Below, piece after piece: positions 11,954 to 24,683 of a stretch of DNA of 64,000 nucleotides. Within the stretch, counting starts at the first letter, position 1. Each line of letters opens with the position of its first letter. The notes beneath the pieces are model-generated. The model did not search any database. It was not told the DNA's origin and saw nothing but the letters and a program-made list of their open reading frames with translations. Source of the DNA: Lepidodermella squamata. Lineage: Eukaryota > Animalia > Gastrotricha. Made by a program: the position numbers and the translations under genes. The stretch lies in NCBI GenBank assembly GCA_047495785.1, contig JBLDXI010000038.1, forward strand, positions 310,001 through 374,000. Direction: 5' to 3'.

Positions 11954-14900
11954 ATGAAATTTTTAGCAGAGGCTTGTTTAGTTGCATTCATAGCCTCTTG
12001 CGTCGTCGAGGCTCAGTTCGGCCGCCCTGGAATTTGGCGACCTGGCGGCTTCCGGCCTAAAGACAACAACGAGACAGTCAAGTAAATTTAAAAAAAATAT
12101 TTCTTTTGACGGTGAGACCGAGTCGGTGATGTGAACAGATATGTCATAACCTTTCCGTCGACAATACAACGCTCGAAAAACTTCACGTTCGACATGATTT
12201 TATTTGAGGAAAAAAGCTACCGATTACCCGTAGCTTTCACGGCTAACCTAACAACTGACGGTGTTCAATTGGCTACGCAATCATTCACCCAAAATAGATG
12301 TGAGGCCCTATATCTTTTCGATAATATAGCATCTAAATAAATAATTCCGTGTTTTACAGTTGGCCTCCAGCGGCACGTTTTCACCGTAAGAGATTTCGGC
12401 AATTCTTAAATTAGATAGAAATTATTTCCGTGTAAACAGAATCTGAAGACGGCTAGATTGTTAGACGATAGCTACCCTTCAATTACGGTAACCTTCAACA
12501 CGGATGGCTTCCAAAACTATACCGACGTCACAGGTTTGTTTGTAATTAAGTCTCGTTCCTATAACCTACCTATTGTAACCTTAAGGTCAAGAATCAATCA
12601 TGGCCGAAACATTTGTCTACATTCAAACCGATAAGGCGATGTATAAGCCAACCCATTTGGTTCAGTTCCGCACTGTAGTCGTCAACCGCCAGTTAATGCC
12701 CCTTGATACCGTTGTCAATGTCACCCTTCAAGATTCAAAGAGTAACCAGCTGAAGACGTGGACAAACCAACGGCTGAATTCTGGAATATTCGGAGCTAAC
12801 TATCAGCTATCCGAATTCGTTAGCCTTGGTGATTGGTCAATTATTGTCAGCGGACGTGACATTCCAACTACGACAAAAACATTCACTGTTCAGCAGTACG
12901 TACTTCCCAAGTACGAAGTTAAGCTGGACTTCTCGCAGGCGAATAAAAACGGCTATTGGCTGTTCAACGCCGATGATGAAAGTGGCTACCAAGGCTTTAT
13001 TCGAGCTCGTTACACTTTTGGCAAAAACGTCAAAGGCTCCGCTGACATCCGGCTGCAAACCACTGGCGGTTGCAGTTTTGCCTATGACTATCCTGATTCA
13101 TACGGAACTGACGTAAAATCAAAGGTAACCAAGGTTGCTATTACAGTTCCGCTGTCAGGCGACGGATCTCCGAACGATGGGAAATTCACTTTTACCGGAA
13201 CAAACACAGCTGTAACATTCAGTCCGTTTCCCCAGCTTAATTTTGTCAACTCTGAAGATAGCGATGAAACTGAAATGACATCGACAACAAAACGCCCAGG
13301 AAAGCCAAGAATGACGTCTACGGAATGTCAGCTGTCGTTCCAGGTGAATGTAACAGAGGAATTGACCGGGGAGAAGATTGCTGCGGAAGGCAATGTTATG
13401 TTGTACCGGGAAGCATTCGCCATTTCCGCTCACGATTCAGTGCAAAAAACGCTGAAACCAGGCCTGTCATTCACCATGCGGTTTCAGGTGAGCACCCCTG
13501 ACAGCCAGCCTGTCGCTGCCGGCACTAGGGTCGCCCTTGAAGCTTACTTCTTCAACGAGACAACATTGGAGAACTATGGCCAAGTTGCTTGCGGCTCTCG
13601 GCCTTGGAGGCCCGGTCATAAGACTCCGCCTGCACCTGATGCAAAGACGACAGTTGTCACAGACTCCGATGGCCTGGTTCAAATTAAAGCTGTTGTACCA
13701 AAAAACACAACATCTGCCTTATTCAAAGCGACACTTGTAGACAATGCGGATGTCGAGTTTTGCGATACGAAATCTCCGCCGCAGAGCGAAAGCAAGCAAG
13801 CTATCTCGATCAGCATCGATCGGCCAATTACCGATAAATCAATGCCGAAAACTGGCGATCGCTTGACGTTTAAAATCGAGACAACTTTTCAGTCGCCAAT
13901 GGTATACTTCTTGGTTGTTCAAAACGGAGTCGCTTTCGACTACCGCCAACTGACGAATCCGACGTCGATCAGCGCTCTTGGAACAACTTTTTCGACCCAG
14001 TTCTCGCTCCCACGAGATGCAGCTCCTCGTTGCTCTGCTGTTGTTTGGACTGTTGAAAACAGTACTGGCGAAATTTTAGCTGATGCTGTCGAGTTCAAAG
14101 TAGACGGACTCATGAAGCAGAACGTTAGCGCTGTGTTCGCTCCCAACAATGTTCGCCCGCGTGCCAACACTACTCTTACGCTATCGACCACTGATCCCAA
14201 CTCAGTTGTAGCACTGCTTGGTAATAGCTTCATACTTTTTGTGTCATTTCCCACAGAGCATCTTTTTTATTCCTTTATCAGCTGTGGACAAAAGCGTCCG
14301 CCTGTTGAAATCTGGAAATGACATCACACTTGATGATGTTCTTAGCTCGGTGGGTGAAAGCAGCCCGCAGTCTCGCGGCGGCTACAGACCAGTGATGCCA
14401 TTGTTATGGAGGTGCTGGAAATGCGGCTGGTGGCCGTCTTGGATCGACAGCTCTAACGCTGAAAGCGTTTTCTCAGTATGAAGCAGGCTCGATTCCGTCA
14501 TGAAGTTATAATTTGTTGTATCGCAGGGTGTTGGAATGATCATCAAGAGCAATCTTGAAACCAGCTCCGTGAGTTGTTTTACATTGAAATTCGCTTGTTA
14601 TTAACGGCTTCAAACTGACGCTCCTCGATTAATGCCTACCCTTCTATTAACCTCTGATTTAGATGCCTATAATAATGGCTCGCCTCGGTGGAGTTCTGGA
14701 AAGATCACTCGTCCTCCCTATGGCTGCATCATCAGCAGGTGACCCTGATGCTTACTCGCAAGGAGGGGCATCAGCCGAGCCGAAAGTTCGAATGATTTTC
14801 CCTGAAACTTGGCTCTGGAATGACACCAAGACAGAGTAGGTTGCAATTTCTATTCGTCGTAGTTGAAACCATTTTTCAAATACCCAACTGACTCCCTAAA

Positions 14901-17691
14901 TTAGCCGCGCTTTCATGACTAAATTTTGTTTTCATTGAATCTTATTTTATTCCAATTTAAAACTCGAATACTACAGCCAATTATAGATTTATACTTCACA
15001 ATGGCCGCCCGACCTGACTTCGCAGCAGGAGCTGTCAATGATATGCCAGCGCCATTGCCAGGACCACCCGGCTCAGCGCCGCCGGTGTTCGACAAAGGCG
15101 GAAGCAGCGAAACTAATAATGAAATTGTTCGACTAATCTTTCCTGAAACCTGGCTTGCGAACGACACCGTGACCGAGTACATGACTTTGCCATTACCTTA
15201 AGGATACCGTTTTTTCCTTATCCTTTCCTGTCCCAAAACCCTCCCCGAACTTAAGACATTGATTTTGCTATTGAATCAATTGCATAAATTCACGTTTCTT
15301 TTTAATTATTCAGCTCTCGGGGTAGGTTGGTCTGGCAATTGACAGCTCCGGATACCATCACTACTTGGGAATTAACGGCGTTTGCCGTAGGCGGTACAAG
15401 TGGCTTTGGTGTCATGGAGAAGCCAGCTGAACTGACAGTTTTCCAAGACTTTTTCGTCAACATTGACATCTCGCAGCCAACAATTATTCGAGGCGAGCAG
15501 GTACAGATCAAGGCTGTTGTCTTCAATTACCAGGCTGAAGATGCGCAAGTTGACCTCGTCCTTCGTCAATCACCAGATTTCGAGGTCAGCACAGATGGAG
15601 TGACTTACTCGCGGGTCGATTTCAAGAAGACAGTAAACGTTCCAGCAAATAATGGCGTCGCGATCCCTATTTGGGTGAAACCGAGCCGTTTGGGCACAAT
15701 TAAAATGAACCTGGTCGGCTATGGCAAGGGCACTTCATCCTCAGATGCAATGATCAAAGAGGTTCTAGTTGAGCCCGAAGGTGAGGTACGTTATGCCAAC
15801 AAACCTGTGTTTGTTCGCCTTAATGCTACAACCGGCGAGCTACGCACCACTATCGAAGTCGCAAAAATGTTGGGCGAAGTCGCTAACAGCGAAATCGTTG
15901 AAGGGTCGAAAATGATCCAGCTCCAAGCTATTGGCGATATACTCGGGCCAGCATTGTCGCAATTGGGCTCGCAAATCAGATTACCGACCGGATGCGGTGA
16001 GCAAACGATGGTCATCTTGGCGCCGAATGTGTACATTTACAAATATTTGACATCTGTCAATCTGCTGACGGATGAGCTCAGGTCCAAGACCATCGGATTC
16101 GTTGAGCAAGGCTACCAGCGAGAGTTGACTTACCAGCGTAAAGATGGTGGATTCAGTGCTTTCGGCGAGACTGACGCAGAGAGTAGTACTTGGTTGACAG
16201 CATTCGTCATGCGGTCCTTTGCAGCCGCCAGAAAGTATGTTGGAACTCGCATGGACGATGCTCTGATTGAGAAAGCGTGGTCATTTTTGCGGCAACAAGC
16301 TCAGGCTAACGGTTCTTTCGCCGAACCCGGTCGTGTCCTTCATCATTCGATGAAAGGCGGTGCTACTAGCGAAGTTAACTTAGCAGCCTACATCTATGCC
16401 ACTGCAGCAGAGGCTGGGATCCCGCTCCAGCCATTTGAATCGGCAAAACGATTGATCGTGAAAAGCGCTAGAGACCCTGCTACGAAAGATCCGTACCAAC
16501 TAGCCGTAATTGCATATGCTTTATCCGTAAGAGCCGAGGATCGCAGCACTGGCATTGAGGTTATGCGGCGTTTATTGAGCCTCGCTTCGAATGAAGGTGG
16601 TATGACCTACTGGAATCCGGAGAACGATCAGTCTGGAGTAAACGAATATGAACAGTCGGGTCCGACGAAGATCGAAACTGCGGCGTATGGTCTTCTGGCG
16701 CACCTGAACCTTTACGGCATGACAGATGACGCTGTCCCTATCGGCCGCTGGTTGATGAGCCAGCGCAATTCTCTCGGCGGCTTCGCCTCAACTCAGGACA
16801 CGGTTGTTGGACTCCAAGCGCTATCCGAACTTGCCGCCCTTTTGCGAGCTGACGGTCAAACTTTCTCAATTGATGCTACGCTCTCGTTTGACGACGCTAA
16901 AGGTCCGATCAAACAGTCGTTTAGCATCAACAGTGCCAACGCCCAACTTCTGCAATCGTTCGATCCGCCGAAAGACAGGCAACAAGCACTGAAGTCTGTT
17001 GAGCTGAGTGTGAAGGGGGTCGGCGTCGGTCTTGTCCAATTAGCGATGAAGTACAATGTTCAGAAATCGAAGGTGCTTGATTCCGGAGACTATACCATCA
17101 TTATCAGTCGGGAAGCTATGGCTAAACGCAAGCGTCGTGCAGCTGACAAGGATGAGGGAGAGCTCGTCAGCAACGATAAGGAAGTCATTCTCAAGGTTTG
17201 CGCCAAGTAAGTACGATTTTTATCAATTGGTTGCCAGTAATTTATTATTCATTCTCGCAGGCCGACAGAACCTTTTCCAGGTATGACGCTCTTAGAGGTT
17301 GGCATTCCAACGGGCTTTGAGGTGAGCATTTTTAACTGAATTCATAGCTCGCATAAACATGTTTATTCAGGCTGATCTTGACGGAACTCAGCAGGCTAGC
17401 AAAAAACCAGATGGCAGCTACCGAGGAAACCTGAAGAGAATCGAGTTGGGTGACCGAAAAATGGTTTACTACTTCGACAGCATGGAGAATACGAAAATCA
17501 TGACGTGTGTTTTCGTTAAAATGACCCGAACCATGGCTGTGAAAAATACCCAGCCGCCGACAGCTCGCGTTTACTCGTATTACGAACCATCCAGGATCAA
17601 GGCGACCGAATACACGTTCCTCGGAATGGCATCTGACGATGCGCGTCCTTGCGAAGATGTGCGCCTGAATATCAAAAACTGTCCCCCGTGA
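11954..17691 (+). CDS. Thioester-containing protein 2 (paralog of TEP1) with two alternative bait-region exons
   Basis: Signal peptide MKFLAEACLVAFIASCVVEA; YIQTDKAMYKP, YVLPKY, FPETWL twice (exons 14663-14835 and 14977-15176), GCGEQ (15990-16004), PGRVLH, GGFASTQDT, VYSYYEP. Confidence 0.95.
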
Positions 17692-18111
17692 AATGACTTT
17701 CGTTTTAGAGTAAGACAGCAATCATCACAATATCCAAGATTTCAGAAAGAATTTTTATTACATCACAGTTTTTGCTTCATTTAAATGTATATATGCGACC
17801 CTACTACTACGTCGAAAAGCAAAAATAATGTGAATACGAAAATATATATTATTTTTAACATCGGCTTCTTCGTGACTAAAGGTTCGGATTATCACAGTGA
17901 TTTTTAGAGATTGACGTGATTCTATGTAAGACAGCTTCTGCAAAGCGTAACGAAGCTATATCGCAATCACTTTAACTATAAACATGCAATAAAGGGTTAA
18001 AGAATATTCTGCGTCTTTGATTTGTTGAAATGAAGATATATTGCCGCAGTAATACCTGCTTCTTGGAACGAGGGCGTTTTTTTACACAAATATTTTCAAC
18101 ACGACAAATGT

Positions 18112-19888
18112 TTAGTGGTTGTAGCCAAGCAGGCGAGTTGTGGTCGGATATCTGGATCGATAATTAGCAGCCTTCTCTCGGTCAATCATCAAGCTATTCT
18201 TCTTGATGGCGATTTCCTTTTCGAGTGCCATTCGCTGTTCGGTCAAGCACTGAAGGCTATTTTCCGCGTCCTTGAGTTTTTGTAGCAATTGCTCGATGGA
18301 ATTATTTATATCGTTGACTTCATTGATCAATCTGAATTAAATTCAATTAGAAAATTATGATGATTATAACCCTATAGTTACCCATATTGAGGAGGATCGG
18401 CGCACAGCTCTACTGATGGCCTGAAGCTGCGATTATGTAACCTGGTCTGAGCTACTTTCAGTGGGGCTTCCTTGTCGCGGATGGCTTTTTTCAACATGTC
18501 AATGTTGCGCTCTTGCGCTGCCAGTTCATCGACAGTCTGTTAACATTGATAATGTTAAAATTAAGGAAAAATATTGGCTTTGATTTACTTTTTTCAATTG
18601 ATCCGCTAGTTTTTGCTTAGCCTCTTCAACTTCGGCAATACGCTTGTGAAGGGCCCGTTCAACAATGTCGGCTTGCTCGCGCATATCCCGAGCGGTATCC
18701 TCAAGAATGTTTTCAATAAGCTGGCGAAGTTGAATCGATGCCATCCGCTCGTTTTCAGCACGGCAAATAGTATCGTGACTGAATTGTGCCCATGATTCCG
18801 GAGTGGACATTCTTCGCAAAAAAGGAACATAAGAAAATAAAAATTTCAGAGTTATCGTTAATACTTTTCGGCCAGTGTTGCGGCACCCGGATAAAACTGC
18901 TTGTTGGTATCTTCATTGCGAAGCATTTGATTGCGTTTGTCAATCTCGAAGGCTTCGCTTTTGTCGCTCCAGTCAAACTCCAATTCCTTTTTCTTTTGAC
19001 GATTGGCACTAAGCACGGCAAATTAATGCACAACCAAACGTTTAGTCATTCTACTTACGCTATTTGTTTTTCTGACTCGAAAATTGTCTTCCTGAGAAGA
19101 TCTTGTGCATTGTTGATTATTTCGATTTCCTAAATATAGAGGTTAGTCTCACACGCTGAAAATCAACGAACTAGCAGAATTACCTTCAGCAGGGCGCATT
19201 CAACTTCGTCTTGGACTAGATCGAATCCCAGGCGACGCTGACGGTTATTCAAGCATTCCGTAGCGATATGCAAAGGAAATTCAGTTGTGTATAATGCATT
19301 CTCCAAACGCCTTTTCTGTGCCAACAGTCTATCAGTCTCATCGATCATATCTTTAATTTCTCGTTCAAGTTCAACTTTCCAAAAGTTGATATCATGAACT
19401 CGCTGCCCCAGCTTCTTGGTATTTTCATCCTGATTCCTGTTTGTAGTCGCCTCAGTCTCAGCAGCCGTTTTCTTTGATTCATTCCTAATACGTTCAGCAG
19501 TGCTACGATCAAGAAAAGCTTGATAGTATCGGGCGTAATTGCTGTTATGCCATTCCTGTGGTGTGTATTTGGCGGAACGAAAGCCAGCAAGTGATACACC
19601 AAGATTATTTCCGGTGTTTCCTTGCAGAACTGGTCCCATCGTATTGGAATTGCAATAATCTGGGGCGGTAACTGGCCTGTCTGGTGGAAGCTCACTACCC
19701 GACATGGCAGCTTTCTGCGGCGCGTCAGACGAGTATTCAGGTTGGAATCTTACAGACTTGCTATTGTAGGAGCTTCCAATACGCCTATCCGTGTTGCAGC
19801 CATAAACCTCTTCAAAAGAATCCCTTGATTTCTTTTCCAAACCATTTGATCCACTTGGTAGATAACCGCCTTGAGTAACGGTAGCCAT
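18112..19888 (-). CDS. TEKT4: Tektin-4 (ciliary microtubule inner protein), multi-exon
   Basis: RSAKYTPQEWHNSNYARYYQAF, LGQRVHDINFWK, DLVQDEVECAL, STPESWAQFS; signature nonapeptide present as RPSVELCAD; IAIKKNSLMID; C-terminal RLLGY. Confidence 0.9.
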
Positions 19889-20220
19889 TTTAAACCTAGA
19901 GATACCGTAAAAGAAAATCGGTTAAACATTTACAATAAAATTGTAGTCCACAGAGAACTCGCATGTGCTAAAGAGTACAAGTTTTGATGACGGAGGGTAG
20001 TATATGCTTCTAGCAATGAGTTAACAGTTAAAGGCTCGTGATAGTATGTATTATGTCGCACTCAAGTAGCGCAAAAGGATTTTAGAGAATCAATTAAAGA
20101 AAATTCGTTAGCGCTAATTATTGCCAACACAACACGAATATGCCATGAATTGGCAGAATCTCCTTTACGGGTTTACATTCCATGCGATACCTAATTCCAC
20201 ATCAAGTAAGTAAGCCGGCG

Positions 20221-20246
20221 GTGGCTAAGGAAATGACCATAGTAAC
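20221..20246. promoter_or_regulatory. Tandem X-box (RFX)-like motifs in the divergent TEKT4/CCP110 promoter
   Basis: GTGGCT-AA-GGAAAT overlapping ATGACC-AT-AGTAAC resemble GTNRCY-N2-RGYAAC, between two head-to-head ciliary/centriolar genes. Confidence 0.5.
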
Positions 20247-20791
20247 GTCGTCGTTGAGAAGGACGCTCATTTTTAATATTTAATAATAATGTTGTTTAAA
20301 TGATTAATAAAGTAACTATTATCATTATCGTATGGAATGCGTGAAAAATGTTTTTTGGGTGGCGCCAAATTTTAAAAGTTTCAAAGCATCTTTCAAAGCG
20401 TTTTCTGGATTTCTCGGTTGGAATGAGTCATGCCCTTCTCACTTGTCTTGCACAGTCAGGTGTGTCGGAGATGAGATGATCAAAAACCATCGACACGGAT
20501 GTACCAGCAGCGATCACTGAAGGTTGCAAACGTGTTCTGTGGTATCGCCAACCATCGTAGGCTCGGGGAAAGATGAATAATATATACTATTACTACCATT
20601 ACTACTAGCATCTAATTATGCGGTAGGATCAAAACTTGGCCATAGGAGTTGCTGTTAGGTAATATTTTTGACGATTTTCATTGAATTCATCCCTTGATTG
20701 GTTGACTAATTGACATGAGAAGTAAACTGAGGATTCGTTCTATTTCTCTTTGATGATTCCACATTTAGTTGTTTTATGTTCTATTATGAAA

Positions 20792-23456
20792 ATGATCGAT
20801 AATACAACGTCGATTTCCTCCAATTTTGTATCTATGATAAAGATCGATGGTTTACCCATACCTGTACCTCCGTTGGTAAGTGACCAACCATATAATGCAA
20901 TATTTGGCTAATGATCCTTGTTTCATTCTCGAAGATTACAGCGGAAGATCGCAAAATTATTGGAGAATGGAGGAGGCAAGCAATCGCGGTCGAAGAACGG
21001 CTGCAATTAAAGCGAAATCTTCTTCAACGGGTAAATTACCGTTATTACATTCCTGTTATCTTAAATGTATCGTATGCTGTTTTGTATATTTCCTAGTCCA
21101 AGTTGCAAAGCAGCAAAATGGGCGCAATTCCTGCACGCTCAGCGAACTTCGAGGAACGGCCTCAGAGCAGAAGCATCTCTGGTGAACAAGTTGTGCGTAA
21201 AGCTCTTAACAGTGCAGGTGAGTGATTGCTCTTGGTTTAACGCGTGATGTGTCATATGTCATATTTAATAGCATACAATGAAGAAAAGGCCTTAGCTGGA
21301 ATGCTTCAAAGAGTTGCACTTAGCGACGTTTCGAAACACGACGATCAAGGTTAGCCTTGGTTGAAATTCTCCGCATTTTTAATAATTATGGCTTGCAGAT
21401 GAGTCGATAGTAAGTTCTACAGATGAAAATGGACATAACGGCTCTGGCTCCAACAACTCCGTTCCCGGATCTGCAAACTCAGCTTTGCCTATACCGAGTG
21501 CCTCTTCTACCGATCTCGAGCCATACCTCAGCCGCTCTTCCTCAAGTTCCGAATCAACGGGCACCGTTCGACCTGAAATTAATTCTGCTGAAATGGCCGA
21601 AAATCAGGCTGATTCTAACCAAGTAAGGGCCGTTTTCATATCTAGGATATTTAGATGATAATTTTTAAAGTGAGCCGCATAGTTGAAAAACAACGGTTAA
21701 GGTACTTCGGACACATTGTTAGATCACGTGACTACGACGAGGAAGGACTAATTAACAAAATTTATATTTGGACGCCTCCGTTGGGATGGTTTGCACCTAG
21801 AGGACGACCCCGAACTAGATGGATCCACGGAGTGCATAGAAGTTTGATTAAGAGAAAACTAGCACTAAGAATGAGGCCAAGGATAAGAAGGGCAAAACGC
21901 CAAAGAAAAAATGTAAGGAAAAAACCGGCGAAAAGGAGTTTGAAATCAAAATTATACCCGATTTTCAACTAGCTGAAATGATGTCTTTTGAAAAAGATGA
22001 ATGGCGCATGATTGTTAACTCGATTGAAAACTATGAACTTTTCGGAAAAAGCAAGATCTTCAACTGTGGGGGTGGGTAAGAATTTCTCTTTGCCTGCCTT
22101 CGCCCTCTTCAAAACCGGAAACGGTAAATGACGCTCAGTCTAGAAGAGGTTTAAATAAAACTATTATTATTATTATTATTAATTTTTAACATATTTCAAG
22201 TTCGTATCTTTGCGTAATACTCGCGCTTCGTACACTATCGACAACCCATCCACTGCTTTACTAAAACATGACCAACAAGATTCTGCAGAAAATAGTGAAT
22301 CTAGAGCTGGTAACAATAAGCCACAGTTCGGCCATCTCGGATCTATGGTAGCACGTTATCTCACTGAGCAACAGCGGGCTAAAAACTTATCTGAGTTTGT
22401 AAAATTGCAATCCATTCTTCAAGAGGTATGTTCCACAAGTACCCGTTTCGTAGCAAGTTTTAGCGTGATCCTTTCTCAGAATTCACGTGAATCCCCCGAA
22501 GCGCCGGAGAAGCCGTCTGGTGACGTGATAAAAAACCAGCCAACTTCACCAGCGAAACGCGTTCAGATCGCGCCGATTTCTCACACCTCGCCTAGCGTCG
22601 CTGGGATCAAACGCAGGCACTACGTCGAATCGCACAAGACTACTTCATCTGCATCTGATCGGTTAGTCGCAGTTGTTCGCGGCTGCTTGGTTCGCCGTGT
22701 TTTGCAAACCGCAAAAGTGCAGCATTGGATTCAGACCATTCGTGATTGCTTACGGCTGTTGACCACAGAAACCTCACCTGGTGTTGTGGACTGGCGGTCT
22801 CTTACAGACACTAGATTCCGTGAGCAAGTCACGTCTCAACTAGCCGCTGCTCGCCTCGAATTTCATACGATTATGTTCGATTGGCCTCTCGCTGATCGTC
22901 TGGGCCTTATTGCTTTAGATGACATGCCTCGAGGAGCTACTCCAAGGGCTGGCAATGTTAAGAATATTGCTGGAAAAGTGGCGTCAAAGCCTCGTTCACC
23001 AGCTGCTCAGATTGCAGCTCAAAGGGGCCGATCTCTCTCGGCGTCCTCAATTCAGCCCCACCACAATCCATCTCAGAAAATTGTCGATGCAACGAAGCGA
23101 AGGCGCGTGGGAGCTGTCACTCCGCCAAAACATGGTATGCCGACTGGCCATGCGAACTTGAAATCAGCCGCTAACCGTCCATCTACATCATCCGCGGTTC
23201 GATCTCCCGGAGTTACACCTGCCGTTCGCTCTGCTAGCGGAGCAAATTCTCCACGAAACGCCAGGCCTAACACGGCAGCACCCACCGTGCCATCTGGTTA
23301 AACCTTGATCAAATTGTTATCAATATTTTAAAGCTTTTGTTTGCTTCAGATATTCGCACGCGAAAACCTGACGTTCAACCGCCGGTTCCTGCTCCTCCAA
23401 GTGTCTCTTCGGCCTCGTCCCGTCGCTCGGCGGCTACTAACTCGGCTCGCCGCTAA
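20792..23456 (+). CDS. CCP110: Centriolar coiled-coil protein CP110-like, multi-exon
   Basis: N-terminal IKIDGLPIPVPPL|ITAEDRKII...AIAVEERL; calmodulin-binding domain RLVAVVRGCLVRRVLQTAKVQHWIQTIRD...QLAAARLEFHTIMF...RLGLIALD. Confidence 0.8.
21669..22179 (+). mobile_element. 5'-truncated RTE-clade LINE inserted in a CP110 intron
   Basis: QRLRYFGHIVR...PRGRPRTRW and frameshifted EKDEWRMIV; AATAAA plus (TAT)n tail at 22161-22180; flanking direct repeat TAATTTTTAA (21659-21668, 22180-22189). Confidence 0.85.
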
Positions 23457-23818
23457 GCGCTCTCCCAACATTGTTGATCCATCGTGCACGTTCACTGACA
23501 GAAAATAATTACAACTCCCGTTGAGTGACATTCACTTTCACTTTTTCACCGCGTTATTTCGGCTATAAATTTTTCTATTCAAAATAGCTAGCGTTATTCT
23601 TGAAACAACCTTGATGACACGTTTTTGAACTTTGCTGTATTTTTATTCCGTATAAATCAAAATAAAAATTGTCAAATTATTTGCACCTTTTGAGACATTT
23701 TACCAAACCAGTATTTGTGTGCTATTTTGCAAACGTTATGCAGCAGCTTTTTAAGCTCTTCCGTCAATCAACGGCGCATGAAACGATCATGAAATGATAA
23801 GCAGGTGATAAAACAAGT

Positions 23819-24683
23819 TCATTTCAGGTTGATTTCTTCGTCCTCATCTGCACGTTGCCTTGTCGAGCCGTAGTAGATTTTTTGAACGTGTTTTCTACTG
23901 GCGAGCAAAATGAAGAAAGCGCCCAGCACAAACGAGCCGAAGCCAACCCACGCAACATAGTAACCATAGCCATATTTGCCTTCAAGTCGTAAAACAAACA
24001 AGATGCATAGCACACTTCGTTCAAAATATTTTGCAATATCGAATACCTGCATTGTCTTTGGGTAAATTGGCTTTCCATAACGTCTCAGTTCCCAGCTGGA
24101 TCCAGCCGTAGAAAACCTTGAGGGTGACGATTTCGCACATGGCTGTTAGACCCAACATAGCACCGGCTAGTCTTTTGAGCAAATAACGATTGTGAAATAC
24201 GCAATAGATCGAAAAGGCGAATGAAATAAATCCAATGATTAGAGTTATTACTGTGAAGGCTTTCATCGATCGAGTAAAATCTAAGTGTTGATGAAAAATT
24301 TTTCGAATTAAGGTGATTTGCGGTATAATTTGTGTACCTTTGCTCTTGTCGAAATATTCAGGCTCGACATTATCCTGAAATTTACATGGAATGTCTATTG
24401 GAAAAAATTGTAGTGAAGAGTCGAATTTCAAAGCAGTAGACTCACCTTTCGTAGATTTTCCGTCTTCGAATTTTTCATTACATGAGCTATCCATAGCCCA
24501 GATATTTACGATCAATCGAGTAATGCGAATATTTGCCGTCGAGGAATCAGGAGCTGTTTCCAGGTGGTACCAAGTCTCCGCTGACATGCTGACGATGTGA
24601 GCAATCAAACCGATCATGGTCAGAACTATGCACACTCTGACTAAGCGACCCTGTGTGTCGGGTTCTCTCAGTGACTCGCACAT
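23819..24683 (-). CDS. Claudin/PMP22-superfamily four-TM protein (TMEM178/CACNG-like), intron 23980-24046
   Basis: TM1 followed by ETWY, NIW...C, further TM segments and terminal YGYGYYVAWVGF. Confidence 0.8.
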
